Shown here: in pieces, positions 8,982-17,319 of the stretch | Position numbering within the stretch: the stretch's first letter is position 1 | Layout of the letters: the number at the start of each line of letters is the position of its first letter | Program-made: the position numbers and the translations under genes | Virus record (IMG/VR): IMGVR_UViG_3300028840_006156 | Source: a virus | Strand: one strand, 5' to 3' | Length of the DNA: 64,000 bases | The notes under the pieces: generated by a model | What the model was told of the DNA's origin: nothing | The model's database searches: none | What the model saw: only the letters and a program-made list of their open reading frames with translations

Positions 8982-9431
8982 ATGGCGATCAACCCCGACC
9001 AAACCGTCCAGCAGCACGACAACGTGCCCATGTCCGAGATCTTCGCGGCCACGGCCAAGATCGCTCGAGACCTGAGCGGCCTCGACTTGATCGGGGCCAA
9101 CGCCGACGTCGTCACCATGACCTACCGCGGCGCGCCGGCGACGCTGACCAACGTCGATGTGACGCTCGGCGGGGCGATCGATGTCGACGCCACCGTCACC
9201 GTCTCGATCGAGGGCACCAACCCGAGCGGACCCGCTCCGGCGTTCCCGGCCGGCGTCCTGACGATCCCTGCTGCGGGCTCCGCCGCAGGCAACACCTACA
9301 GCGCGGCGCCGGACACGGACAACGCGGTCGTCGACGGCAACCGGATCAGCTTCACCGTTGGCGGTGGCAACACCCTGGCCACCTTCGCCGACGTCTCGAT
9401 CGCCCTCGACTTCGCTCCGGTGGCGACATGA
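8982..9431 (+). CDS. putative capsid decoration/virion protein
   Basis: Ala/Thr/Gly/Val-rich jelly-roll-like composition; start MAINPDQ chosen. Confidence 0.5.
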   Translation: MAINPDQTVQQHDNVPMSEIFAATAKIARDLSGLDLIGANADVVTMTYRGAPATLTNVDVTLGGAIDVDATVTVSIEGTNPSGPAPAFPAGVLTIPAAGSAAGNTYSAAPDTDNAVVDGNRISFTVGGGNTLATFADVSIALDFAPVAT

Positions 9432-9547
9432 GCGGCGGCAAGAAGCGGCGCGCGCGCGAGGCCGCGGTCACCATTGAGACCGAGCCCGTCGAGCAGAAGA
9501 CGAAGCGCAAGACCCGGCGCAAGTCGAAGAAGGTCGAGGCCGAGTGA
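9428..9547 (+). CDS. small basic protein (39 aa)
   Basis: MSGGKKRRAREAAVTIETEPVEQKTKRKTRRKSKKVEAE; coupled on both sides. Confidence 0.55.
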   Translation: MSGGKKRRAREAAVTIETEPVEQKTKRKTRRKSKKVEAE

Positions 9548-9765
9548 TGCCGCTCAAGAAGGGCTACTCGGGCAAGACGATCGGCAAGAACATCAAGGCC
9601 GAGATGAAGGCTGGCAAGCCGAAGAAGCAGGCGACCGCGATCGCCCTGTCGACGGCTCGGACGGCTGCGAAGAAGGCCGGCAAGCCGAGCAAGGGGCCGA
9701 AGCCTCCTGCGAAGAAGAAGCCGCCGCGCAAAAACAAGCGGCGGCCGAAGACCCGCAAGCGCTAG
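9547..9765 (+). CDS. Lys-rich basic phage protein (MPLKKG...KQATAIALS family)
   Basis: Recognisable widespread phage motif; TGATG overlap. Confidence 0.7.
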   Translation: MPLKKGYSGKTIGKNIKAEMKAGKPKKQATAIALSTARTAAKKAGKPSKGPKPPAKKKPPRKNKRRPKTRKR

Positions 9766-9890
9766 AGTCGCTCCCCCGGCACAGTGACGTCGTCGACGAA
9801 GTAGGCTTCGCTCATGTTGCGCATGACCCCGAGAGTGGTCCGCTCGACAACGCGCTCAGACCTGCCGGTGATCTCGGTGTCATGCCCGAC

Positions 9891-9918
9891 CTACCGCCGC
9901 GGGGCCCGCCCGCTTCCC
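9891..9918 (-). promoter_or_regulatory. GGGAAG-N17-GGTAG promoter motif
   Basis: 7 nt before ATG 9883, which opens only a 23-codon ORF. Confidence 0.7.
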
Positions 9919-9919
9919 G

Positions 9920-10837
9920 CTACGGCGCCGGCTCGAAGTCGCCCGTCGCCGTGTGCTTCGAGCCCGGTCCCGCCGCGCCGCTGATCGCCGAGTAGACGTT
10001 CGTCGGCAACGGGGGCAGCGCCGGGTTGATCGCGCGAGCCACCGCGTCGATCCCGGCGTAGTTCGCCCAGAAGGTCGGGTCGATCGTGACGTTGCTCTGG
10101 TAGAGGTCGCGCGCGCGCACGAGCCCGTCCTCGAGCCCGACGTAGGGCGTCGCCGTCGGCGCCTGCGGACCCGGGGCGGTGTAGGGCGTCGGGGCGTAGG
10201 GCACCGCTGGCACGCCGGGGATCTCCTCGCCGCCGGGCGCAGCCTGTGACCCGATCGGCGAGCTCGCCGGCCCGACCCCGAGATGCGTCGTCCCGTCGAG
10301 ATGGATCGCCCCGGCCACCGCCTTGATATGCACGCCCGCGCCCGCCCACACGTTGACGTCCTGATCGTTGGTCTGGATCGCGAGCATGCGGCCGTTGACG
10401 AGGCGCGTGAAGTGCCAGGTGGACGCGGGGAACCGGTCGCCCTTGCGCTGAGCGTCGCCGGCCCCTGTCGAGACGCCGCCGACGCTCGAGGGCGTCGGGA
10501 AGTTCGCGTCGTTGAGCGCGCAGACGATCGTCCCCTGCTCGGGCTCGCCCTCGTCGAGCACGACCACGACCTGCTGACCCTCCTGGATCTGGAGGCCGTC
10601 GGGGCAGCGGCACACGATCCGGTCCTCGGCCTTGAGCGTGACCTCGACGAGGCACTCGCCCTGCTCCCAGCGCATCCACGCGGGCGTTCCCTCGGGCAGC
10701 GCGGTGAGTTGGTCCTCGTAGCCCACCGTGCCGATCGTCGTCTGGATCGGGATCCTCGGCGCGCTCACGCGGTTGGTGTTGGCGGGGTCACCGGAGATGA
10801 CCGGCGCGGGTCGGCGGAAGCTCGGGATCTGGACCAT
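9920..10837 (-). CDS. baseplate spike protein (gpV/gp5-like)
   Basis: OB-fold-like N-terminus (GQQVVVVLDEGEPEQGTIVCAL), beta-helix-like middle; TAGACT-N6-ATG. Confidence 0.75.
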   Translation of the reverse strand: MVQIPSFRRPAPVISGDPANTNRVSAPRIPIQTTIGTVGYEDQLTALPEGTPAWMRWEQGECLVEVTLKAEDRIVCRCPDGLQIQEGQQVVVVLDEGEPEQGTIVCALNDANFPTPSSVGGVSTGAGDAQRKGDRFPASTWHFTRLVNGRMLAIQTNDQDVNVWAGAGVHIKAVAGAIHLDGTTHLGVGPASSPIGSQAAPGGEEIPGVPAVPYAPTPYTAPGPQAPTATPYVGLEDGLVRARDLYQSNVTIDPTFWANYAGIDAVARAINPALPPLPTNVYSAISGAAGPGSKHTATGDFEPAP

Positions 10838-10850
10838 GGGTCGAGTCTAC

Positions 10851-10878
10851 GGGAAGCGAACAGCAGGCCGACGGGTAG
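10851..10878 (+). promoter_or_regulatory. GGGAAG-N17-GGTAG promoter motif
   Basis: 7 nt before ATG 10886. Confidence 0.8.
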
Positions 10879-10885
10879 ACCGAGC

Positions 10886-11443
10886 ATGGGCACCGAGTTC
10901 ATCATCGCGTCGAAGTCGAGCCGATCCTACGTCGACCTGCACAAGGGGCCGTGGGATTTCGTGGACTGGTCGCGGACCGGAGATGCGCTCCGGCTGGAGA
11001 TTGTTCGCGTGCTCGACGAATGGCTCACCTGGCCCCGGGTTGACTGTGAGGATGTTGCAGCACGAATCGTCGATGCAGTCGGTCAGCTGCCTTCAGACCG
11101 CGCGCTGGTCAGCGAGCACGCGGTCGAGTGGGAGGATGCCCGTATGCCGGACCCTGACCAGCGGGCGTATGAGGGTCTCCCGCCCGACCCCTATCGGTGC
11201 GTCGGGTCTCGATTTCGGGAAGCGCCCGCGGTGTCGGCGGGTAGTCCGGGCATGAAGATCCAAGTCACTCCGACCCATGACCAAGTCATCGCCGCGCTCG
11301 CCATTGTGTGGGGCTGTTCGCCCGAGGACATCACGAGCACCTCCGACGGCGTCTCGACGATCTACGAGATCAACACCGACGTGAAGGGCATCAACAAGGC
11401 CGAGCGCGCGATCGCCAAGCTGACGAAGGAGCAGGGCGAGTGA
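10886..11443 (+). CDS. hypothetical protein with an internal in-frame start at 11252
   Basis: Second promoter motif lies inside the ORF. Confidence 0.6.
   Translation: MGTEFIIASKSSRSYVDLHKGPWDFVDWSRTGDALRLEIVRVLDEWLTWPRVDCEDVAARIVDAVGQLPSDRALVSEHAVEWEDARMPDPDQRAYEGLPPDPYRCVGSRFREAPAVSAGSPGMKIQVTPTHDQVIAALAIVWGCSPEDITSTSDGVSTIYEINTDVKGINKAERAIAKLTKEQGE
11217..11244 (+). promoter_or_regulatory. intragenic GGGAAG-N17-GGTAG promoter motif
   Basis: 7 nt before in-frame ATG 11252 (MKIQVTP). Confidence 0.75.
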
Positions 11444-11745
11444 AACTCTACCCCGAGCTACTCCGCGCATGCGCGGCCTACCTCGCGCACGATCACGTCT
11501 ACGAGTGCACCACCGAGGACACGTTCAAGATGTTCGGAAAACTCGCTAGCCAACTCGACGTGTGGGGCGACGAGGGCGACGCGAGGGACCTAGTCACTGC
11601 GCACATTGACGCCATCCGTCGCTACGGCCGAGCGCGTCCCCACGGCGTCACCGCGAAGGGCGTCGAGGCGACCGCTCGCGCGATCCTGGACGCGACCCCG
11701 AGCATGCTCGCGTGGTGGTGCGAGAGGCTGGCGACCGATGGATGA
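11440..11745 (+). CDS. hypothetical protein
   Basis: GTGA overlap. Confidence 0.55.
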   Translation: MKLYPELLRACAAYLAHDHVYECTTEDTFKMFGKLASQLDVWGDEGDARDLVTAHIDAIRRYGRARPHGVTAKGVEATARAILDATPSMLAWWCERLATDG

Positions 11746-11953
11746 GGAGCGCGCTGGGTGGTACGCCGTCCTCGGGTGGGTCAACAAGTCCATCTTCGGT
11801 CCCGATGGCGGCGTCATGCTGACACCCCGGGGGAGCGGCGACGACGAGCAGGATTACGCGCGCGCTGCTGCCTGTCGGGCGTGGTCTGACCCGAAGTTCA
11901 TGGAGGGCACGGCGGGAGAGTTCGTGTTTGTCCACTGGGCCTACAACTGCTAG
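11738..11953 (+). CDS. hypothetical protein
   Basis: Overlaps upstream stop; MDEERAGWY. Confidence 0.5.
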   Translation: MDEERAGWYAVLGWVNKSIFGPDGGVMLTPRGSGDDEQDYARAAACRAWSDPKFMEGTAGEFVFVHWAYNC

Positions 11954-13833
11954 CTCGGCACGTCGATCCCGGTCCTCGTCTCGGTGACCTGGATCGACGC
12001 GCTGACGTCGAGGTAGTTGATCGCGTCGCCGGCGATCTGCCAGCCGCTGTTGATGTCCCACGCGAGGGTCAGCTTCTTCGTTCGAAACTCGCGCTGCAGG
12101 TACTCGGACCGCGACAGGGCGGCGTAGCGCAGCGCGTCCTCGACGGGCAGCCCGGCCTGGCGCGCTTGCTCGCTGCGCTGGAAGTCGGACCCCTCCGCGA
12201 GGATCAGCGCGGAGCTGACGATCCCCGTCGTCGGATCCTCGGCGGGAAGCTCGACGGCGATCGGGTCCTTCGGCCGCATGGCGAACACGTCGCCGACGAG
12301 ACCGGCTTCGAGGTTCTCGGGCAGCGCGGACAGGACCGGAGTGCGGATCTGGACCTCGAAGTCCCCGCGCGCGAGCTGCTCGTAGATCGACGCCGCCGCT
12401 CGAGTCAGGGCCGCGATGATCTCCTCGGGCGAGCCGCCGGCGACGCTGTCGAGGTTGAAGACCTTGATCTCGTCGCGGTCTCCATTCCCGGTCGGGGTCG
12501 GCCGGTTGTTCTTGCCGAGCGGCGGCCAGATCCCCGAGTAGCGCGTGCCGGTCGCGACGTCGAAGCCGTTTAGCTTGATCGTCGGAGTCGCGGTCCCCTT
12601 GAGGTTGCGGGCGAGGTTGAGCTCCTCGATATTGGCGCCGTAGACGAAGGTGCGCGTCGAGGTAGGCGGGGGCGTCGTGTCGCCGGCGGTCGTGCTCTCG
12701 CGGTAGTAGGTGCGCGGGTTGGTGATGACGAGCTCGCTCGCCACGAGTTGCTGTGCCGACTGCCGAGGAGTCCTGATCAGCGGGATGAAGCCGGCCGAGA
12801 TGACCAGGTCGGTGATGAAGTCCCAGTACGCGGTCTTCTGCCTGTTGCCCGGCGATCGCTTGCGGCCCTTCTTCGACACACCCCTCGAGTCCACCCATGC
12901 CTTCGGGCGGATCTCGTCGATCGTCGGGAGCGGGTCGATCCCGCCGTCGACGTTGCGGACCTCGTTGACGACGGAGATCCCACGGAAGCCCGGAAGGCCG
13001 AAGCGACGAGTGCGAGGCTTCAGCGTCGATCCTTGCGTCTTGAGCACGCGCGCGTCCTCACGCAGATATGCCGCCTGCGCTCGGGCGGCTGCGGCGGCTG
13101 CGTCGTCCCCCGATGCAGCGGCATCAGCAGCGACCGCGTCCTGGGCCCTGGCGTCCTTCAGGAGCCGCCTTCGGTCTCGGCCAAGCGCGCGCTTGCTCTC
13201 CTCCTCGAAACGAGCGTCAAGCGTCTCCGTGGCCGCGAGTGCGTCGCCGGTGAGCAGCAGCTGGATCGCCTCGTCGAGCCGCAAGAAGCCCGGCAGGTCC
13301 TCGAGCTGGTTGGGCGGGATCTCGGCGTCGAGTAGCTCGCCGGTCAGGTCGCGCGCGTCGAACATGACCTCCTGCGACGTGTCGTTGATCGTGATCGAGT
13401 GCTTGTCGACGAAGCCGCGGAACAGCTCCGTCGGCCCATGCTGGTTGACGTCAGGGAGGAGCAGGCCGTCAGCGCCGGGCACCTGTCCGGCTGCCCACTC
13501 CTCGGGCGTGTAGACGCCGCCGAAGACCTGCACCGCGATCGCCCTGATCAGTCGCGGGTCGAAGGGCAACTCCGCGAGTTGGAACGTCATCTTGGCCGTG
13601 TCCGCTTTGCGGTAGTTGTTCAGCTCGACCGTGCACTGCGTCGGCACAAGGTCGCGGCCGATCAGGACGAACTGCGCGGCCTGCTCGAGGATGTCGTCGT
13701 TGGTTCCTGACCCGAAGGACTCCGCGCCCGAGTTGGGGTTGGGCGCGGACGGCTGAGGGGGCGTGAACGCGTCGACGTTGTTCTCGAAGCGGATCTTGAG
13801 TCGGACCTTGCAGCCTACGTAGTACTCGGTCAC
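11950..13833 (-). CDS. baseplate hub protein (gpD/Mu gp44-like) with coiled-coil insertion
   Basis: VELNNYRKADTA.MT, FRGFVDKHSI, FDARDLTG.LLD pattern; position between LysM and spike genes. Confidence 0.75.
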   Translation of the reverse strand: MTEYYVGCKVRLKIRFENNVDAFTPPQPSAPNPNSGAESFGSGTNDDILEQAAQFVLIGRDLVPTQCTVELNNYRKADTAKMTFQLAELPFDPRLIRAIAVQVFGGVYTPEEWAAGQVPGADGLLLPDVNQHGPTELFRGFVDKHSITINDTSQEVMFDARDLTGELLDAEIPPNQLEDLPGFLRLDEAIQLLLTGDALAATETLDARFEEESKRALGRDRRRLLKDARAQDAVAADAAASGDDAAAAAARAQAAYLREDARVLKTQGSTLKPRTRRFGLPGFRGISVVNEVRNVDGGIDPLPTIDEIRPKAWVDSRGVSKKGRKRSPGNRQKTAYWDFITDLVISAGFIPLIRTPRQSAQQLVASELVITNPRTYYRESTTAGDTTPPPTSTRTFVYGANIEELNLARNLKGTATPTIKLNGFDVATGTRYSGIWPPLGKNNRPTPTGNGDRDEIKVFNLDSVAGGSPEEIIAALTRAAASIYEQLARGDFEVQIRTPVLSALPENLEAGLVGDVFAMRPKDPIAVELPAEDPTTGIVSSALILAEGSDFQRSEQARQAGLPVEDALRYAALSRSEYLQREFRTKKLTLAWDINSGWQIAGDAINYLDVSASIQVTETRTGIDVPS

Positions 13834-13842
13834 GCGGTCAGT

Positions 13843-14058
13843 CTAGTACGGGATCGGGCGCCCCATGCGATGGCCTTCGATCGCGTGGTAGTGCCTGCGG
13901 CCACCTCGGCGGTGCGGCGTGTGGTAGCGGCGACCGTTCTCGACCCGACCCGTGTCGACGATCGTGCGACTTCCGTCGGCGTTGATTCGAATCGCGCACA
14001 CCACCGTGGTCGCGGGCTCATCGCCGAAGTCGACGCCGACGAATATCCCATCGCCCAT
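13843..14058 (-). CDS. 71-aa protein resembling the first strands of the terminase RNase H-like nuclease domain
   Basis: IFVGVDFGDEPATTVVCAIRINADGSRTIVD vs TerL CFTGIDLGSGKAPGSDRTAMVTVKLRADGKRQVVD; TGATG coupling. Confidence 0.55.
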   Translation of the reverse strand: MGDGIFVGVDFGDEPATTVVCAIRINADGSRTIVDTGRVENGRRYHTPHRRGGRRHYHAIEGHRMGRPIPY

Positions 14059-14327
14059 CAGTTCACGCTCACGTTCCCCCACGCGGGCTCATCGAGCCGC
14101 AGCGGGATGATGATCGCGCCCGCGCATCGAACGGCCTTCGCGTGTTCGAGGGCGAGCGTGTAGGTGCTAAAAGCCGCCGTCGAGCCCGCGTCATCCTCGC
14201 TCTCGTGGACCGCCGCGACCACCACGACCATCTTCGGGTCCGCGTCGACGGCCGCCCAGAACGCCGCCTCGTTGGCCTCGGCGTCCTCCTCGTAGTTCGG
14301 GACGATGACCTGGATCGACTCAGCCAT
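14058..14327 (-). CDS. hypothetical acidic protein
   Basis: Coupled operon from motif at 15655. Confidence 0.55.
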   Translation of the reverse strand: MAESIQVIVPNYEEDAEANEAAFWAAVDADPKMVVVVAAVHESEDDAGSTAAFSTYTLALEHAKAVRCAGAIIIPLRLDEPAWGNVSVN

Positions 14328-14589
14328 CTGTCCACTCCTCGGGGTCTTCGGAGAACTCCTCGATCAATCGGCTCAGCTGTCGGTCGAGGAGCTTGATCCC
14401 CATAGCGAACTCCGCGAACTCGGTCTCTCCGACGTGGCCGAAGTGGTGCGTGTTGCCGTTGCCCTGCCCGAGGGCGACGAACAACAGGCCGCGGACACGA
14501 CCGGCCTCCGCTGCTTCGAGCAGTTCGCGAAGCTTCACGATCACGTCCTCGTCGGGATCGGCCGGTCGCAGCTCGGTAACTTCAGCCAC
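14320..14589 (-). CDS. hypothetical phage protein (LRELLEAAEAGRVRGL family)
   Basis: GTG start overlapping upstream stop. Confidence 0.6.
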   Translation of the reverse strand: MAEVTELRPADPDEDVIVKLRELLEAAEAGRVRGLLFVALGQGNGNTHHFGHVGETEFAEFAMGIKLLDRQLSRLIEEFSEDPEEWTDG

Positions 14590-15619
14590 GGATCGCCTCG
14601 TCGGGATGCTCGACCACGAAGACGAGGTAGGTCTTACTCGCGTCGATCGGCTTCTTGCTGACGATCGCGGGCTCGGGGATCTTGTAGGTGTCCGGTGGTG
14701 CGACGGTCTCGAACATGCGTGCGTCGACGACGTCGAGGCCGCTGCCCCACGCAAGACCGGCGACGTCCAGCTCGCGCCCGAGATCATCGCGGACCTTGAA
14801 CGTCGAGTACAGCGATGTCACGCCCTCCGGTTCGGGTTCGAGTCCCTCGGTCCAGATCCGAAGCTCGCCGATGTCCGCGTCACGCCAGCCAAGGCCATCC
14901 GGCGTGGCGCCCAGCTGCTCGGCGTCGGCGAGGAACTTGAGCACCTCGTCGGCCGCGTCTCGGGTGTCGTCGGGCAGAGTGAACTCGACGAGCAGGCGGT
15001 TGGCCGGGAGCGGCTGCATGTCGTCCGTCAACTCGACGTCATGCGCGTAGCCGGCGACCCCTTCGACGCGGTGAGCATCGCCGGTCGACCAGCCGCCCTC
15101 GCGCGCAACGATCGGAGCGATCCAGGCCGCGCCCATCTGCCGCGCGGCGGCCTCGGCCTTCGACTTCGTGACTCGCCAAGCGGTCGGTCGGCAGCCGTCC
15201 CAGACCGGCTCGCCGTCGATCATCTCGTGGCTGAGGATGCCCCAGCCGCCGACCATCGGAGGGCCTTCGTGTGCGCGGGCCTCCTCGTCGTCGATGTCGG
15301 CCTCGGTCATCTCGTCGACATCGGGCGGGACGATCGGGCAGCCCTCGCCATCCAGGTACACGTACCCATCCCCGTGCACGAGCGTCGGAGCCTCGCGCAA
15401 GACTTTCGCCGCGGCCTGGACGTCGGCGAGGGTGAACGGCCGAAGGTGCGCGAGTACGACATCGCACGTGGCGATCATCAGATCGCGGTTCGGCGGCGGG
15501 ACCTCTGACCATGGCTTCGCACTCGCCTTGCGAGTCTCGTATCCGTGGTCGGGCGCGAGGCGTTCGTAGGTCTCATGAAACAGCTGCGCGAGTTGCTCGG
15601 GCGTTTCGATCTTGCTCAT
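14582..15619 (-). CDS. multi-domain hypothetical protein
   Basis: N-terminal LAQLFHETYERLAP.HGYETR phage motif; starts 8 nt after motif. Confidence 0.65.
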   Translation of the reverse strand: MSKIETPEQLAQLFHETYERLAPDHGYETRKASAKPWSEVPPPNRDLMIATCDVVLAHLRPFTLADVQAAAKVLREAPTLVHGDGYVYLDGEGCPIVPPDVDEMTEADIDDEEARAHEGPPMVGGWGILSHEMIDGEPVWDGCRPTAWRVTKSKAEAAARQMGAAWIAPIVAREGGWSTGDAHRVEGVAGYAHDVELTDDMQPLPANRLLVEFTLPDDTRDAADEVLKFLADAEQLGATPDGLGWRDADIGELRIWTEGLEPEPEGVTSLYSTFKVRDDLGRELDVAGLAWGSGLDVVDARMFETVAPPDTYKIPEPAIVSKKPIDASKTYLVFVVEHPDEAIRG

Positions 15620-15627
15620 CGACCGGT

Positions 15628-15655
15628 CTACCCGCGAGCGCGCCGGGTGCTTCCC
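15628..15655 (-). promoter_or_regulatory. GGGAAG-N17-GGTAG promoter motif inside palindrome GCTTCCCGGGAAGC
   Basis: 8 nt before ATG 15619. Confidence 0.8.
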
Positions 15656-15667
15656 GGGAAGCGAGGT

Positions 15668-16828
15668 CTAGCTCAGCGCCGGCACGCGGATCACGGTTCC
15701 TCGCGGAACGGTCGGCGAGAAGAAGCCGTTGTACTCGCTGATCTCCGTCCACTGGCTCGGGTCGCCGTACTTCTCGCGCGCGATGTCTCGCAGCGACGTG
15801 AAGCTGTCCGCGAAGATCGTCGCCAGGATGTCCTCGGTCTGAAACAGCGCCGCGAGCCGCTGCTGGTCCCGCGCGAAGCTCGACAGTTCGATCAGCCGAT
15901 CGCGCAGCTGTTGCTGGACGAGGTTGGCGATCTGGACCGAGTCCGCGTCGCCGACCAGCGCGCGCTCGCCCGCGGCGCTCCGGTTGGTGTCGAACAGCGA
16001 GAGCAAGTCGAGGACCTGCGAGCGAACCTGCTCGAGCGCCCCGGTGATCGTGTTGATCAGGTCGAAGGGGGCCGTGGCGATCGAGACGATCTGCTGCAGC
16101 GCGTCGACGAGGCTCTCGACGGTCGAGCCCAGCTGAAGGATCGGCCCGATCACCTTCGTCGTGAACGCGTTGGGCTGCTTGAGCGCGGCGAGCTCGAGCA
16201 GGTTTTCGTTGATCGATGCGAGGATGTCGGCAAGGCCGTTGGCCGTCGTAAGGGCGTTGTACTTCGTCGCGCGCTTGACCGGCGAGAACTGCGTGAGGCC
16301 GGTCCAGGTGAACTCCATCTCCCACGCGATGTCGTTGATCCGGTCGAAGTCGGCCGAGTACCGCGTGATCCGGCCGTAGCGGACGTACTGGTCCCACGAG
16401 AACCGCAGCTGCTGCCCCTCGACCATCATCAACTCGACGGCCGCGTCGACGGTGCGCGCGAGCCGAGCCGGCTGCGTCCCTGGGAACACGTTGGACGACT
16501 GGAACACCGCGCCCGAGGCGATCGAGTTCTGCGACTGGGCGCCCGGGGAGACCTGCGGGTAGTTTACGAGCTCGACGCCGTTGTCCTCGTCGGCGCTGAG
16601 CAAAAACTTGTCGTGCCAGGCTCCGCGCAGCGTCGTCGGCTCGAGGCGGTTCCCGATCACCTGCTGGTTGGCGACGGGGTTGCCGGGCAGCCAGGTCGTG
16701 TTGACCTGCAAGATCCGCGAGAGCTGCAGCGGGCGAAACGGGAGCGCGCGGCCCTTGAAGAGGAGCACCCGGCGCGAGCCGGTCGTCTGCTCGAGCACGA
16801 CGGGGGACGCGAACTGCTGCTCAGCCAT
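15668..16828 (-). CDS. tail tube initiator/baseplate protein with C-terminal LysM (gpU+gpX-like)
   Basis: C-terminal SLRDIAREKYGDPSQWTEISEYNG...GTVIRVP is LysM-like; directly after tape measure. Confidence 0.8.
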   Translation of the reverse strand: MAEQQFASPVVLEQTTGSRRVLLFKGRALPFRPLQLSRILQVNTTWLPGNPVANQQVIGNRLEPTTLRGAWHDKFLLSADEDNGVELVNYPQVSPGAQSQNSIASGAVFQSSNVFPGTQPARLARTVDAAVELMMVEGQQLRFSWDQYVRYGRITRYSADFDRINDIAWEMEFTWTGLTQFSPVKRATKYNALTTANGLADILASINENLLELAALKQPNAFTTKVIGPILQLGSTVESLVDALQQIVSIATAPFDLINTITGALEQVRSQVLDLLSLFDTNRSAAGERALVGDADSVQIANLVQQQLRDRLIELSSFARDQQRLAALFQTEDILATIFADSFTSLRDIAREKYGDPSQWTEISEYNGFFSPTVPRGTVIRVPALS

Positions 16829-16830
16829 GC

Positions 16831-16858
16831 GGGAAGTGTACGCGGGGCTCGGCGGTAA
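16831..16858 (+). promoter_or_regulatory. GGGAAG-N17-GGTAA motif overlapping TACACT of gene 16828
   Basis: 8 nt before ATG 16867. Confidence 0.8.
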
Positions 16859-16866
16859 AACAGGCG

Positions 16867-17319
16867 ATGAGCATCGACTACAACGTCCACGTTGGGGCCT
16901 ACATTCGCGTCTGGACCACGGTCACCCGAACGGAGGTCGATCTGTGCGCTGACCACGAGCACGGTGGTGGTGCATTCTGCTCGGAGTGCGGACGCCCCTC
17001 GAAGCGCCGGATGAAGGCCGAGGAGACCCGGCCTGATGACGGGTACTACGAGGCTCACATGGACGAGCGGCTGTGCCCGTGGGACGTCGGCGACCTCTAC
17101 GACGAGGGCCGGCGGACCTACGTCATGGTCGAGAACGGCGTCGACACGACGGGTCTGCATATCGATCCGAAGTATGACGACAGCGCCGAGCAAGCGATGC
17201 CCGACGAGGCAACGTGCGAGGCGAACTTCAAGGAGCGCTACGCCAAGGAGATCGCGTGGCTCGTCGCGCACGACTGCGAGGTCGAGGTCCGCTTTGGCGT
17301 CCTCAGCTGGTCCTACTAG
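16867..17319 (+). CDS. zinc-ribbon hypothetical protein
   Basis: CADH...CSEC; antisense between TMP and LysM genes. Confidence 0.65.
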   Translation: MSIDYNVHVGAYIRVWTTVTRTEVDLCADHEHGGGAFCSECGRPSKRRMKAEETRPDDGYYEAHMDERLCPWDVGDLYDEGRRTYVMVENGVDTTGLHIDPKYDDSAEQAMPDEATCEANFKERYAKEIAWLVAHDCEVEVRFGVLSWSY

